Assembly: GCA_010909165.1 (NCBI GenBank)
Contig: MU008168.1
Coordinates: 1,364,001-1,428,000 of the forward strand
Length of the DNA stretch: 64,000 bases
Direction of reading: 5' to 3'
From: Anthoceros angustus
Lineage: Eukaryota > Plantae > Anthocerotophyta
The notes beneath the pieces were generated by a model, which had not been told where the DNA came from, made no database searches, and saw only the letters and a program-made list of their open reading frames with translations. The position numbers were made by a program, and so were the translations under genes. This document shows positions 63,390 through 64,000 of the stretch, piece by piece; positions within the stretch are counted from its first letter, which is position 1, and each line of letters opens with the position of its first letter.

Positions 63390-63800
63390 TGAACTTAGAT
63401 CGGTACTTAGTTGGGGTGCGTAAAGGGAGTGGATGTCCCTTGTACAAGTAGCTTAAGCACACCATGGTACAACCTGAGCTAAGCTTAGATCGGTACTTAG
63501 TTGGGGTGCCTAAAGGGAGTGGATGCCCTTTGTGCAAATAAGCATCCTGAGCTTAGATCGGAACTTAGTTGGAGTGCCTAAAGGAAGTGGATGCCCTTTG
63601 TGCAAGTAGCTTAAGCACACCATGGTACAAGCTGAGCTTAGATCGGAACTTAGTTGGAGTGCCTAAAGGAAGTGGATGCCCTTTGTGCAAGTAGCTTAAG
63701 CACACCATGGTACAAGCTGAGCTTAGATCGGTACTTAAATGGGGTGCCTAAAGGGAGTGAATCCCCTTTGTGCAAGTAGCTTAGGTACACCATGGTACAA
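63390..63800. repeat. 85-bp tandem array, ~5 copies
   Basis: gcttagatcggtacttagttggggtgcctaaagggagtggatgccctttgtgcaagtagcttaagcacaccatggtacaagctga (copies at 63636 and 63721 are 85 bp apart). Confidence 0.92.
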
Positions 63801-64000
63801 GTTGTTAAATACCAAATCCCATGACGGAAATTCGTCCTTAGTGGACTTAAATAGAATTCTTCTTCTTCTTCTTCTTCTTCTTCCTCCATCTTGAAAGAGA
63901 ACAACTCACATCTTAAAAAAAAAAATTCCATTTACGGAGATAAAATATCTCAATTCGAGATGAACAACCCACCTTTTTAAAAAAATGAAAAACCATTTAC

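Overview
Plant nuclear genomic DNA with compact, short-intron genes; the style suggests a Selaginella-like lycophyte (inference). The left half (1-33.5 kb) is repeat-rich: a decayed Ty3/gypsy element nested in a Ty1/copia remnant, then an inverted pair of F-box genes with an acidic 39-bp coding minisatellite. Next is a 17-kb TIR DNA transposon (13208-30241) with perfect 33-bp TIRs and a 4-bp GCTC target duplication. It carries a Sola-like DDD transposase (+) and, divergently, a spliced gene encoding a ParB/Srx-like domain plus a bacterial-type beta-class DNA amino-methyltransferase (N4C/N6A) domain (-). A young copia retrotransposon has inserted into the transposase gene. The right half (34-59 kb) is a dense block of ordinary genes: ARM-repeat protein, plastid TPR protein, mitochondrial EF-Tu, Gnk2/DUF26-like secreted protein, X8 GPI-anchored protein, copine/BONZAI, UMP synthase and an alkaline-ceramidase-like protein. 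The window ends in tandem repeats and a PPR fragment. The methyltransferase-carrying transposon is the main candidate for a novel system. Repetitive regions have many single-base indels, so some apparent pseudogenes may be assembly artefacts.
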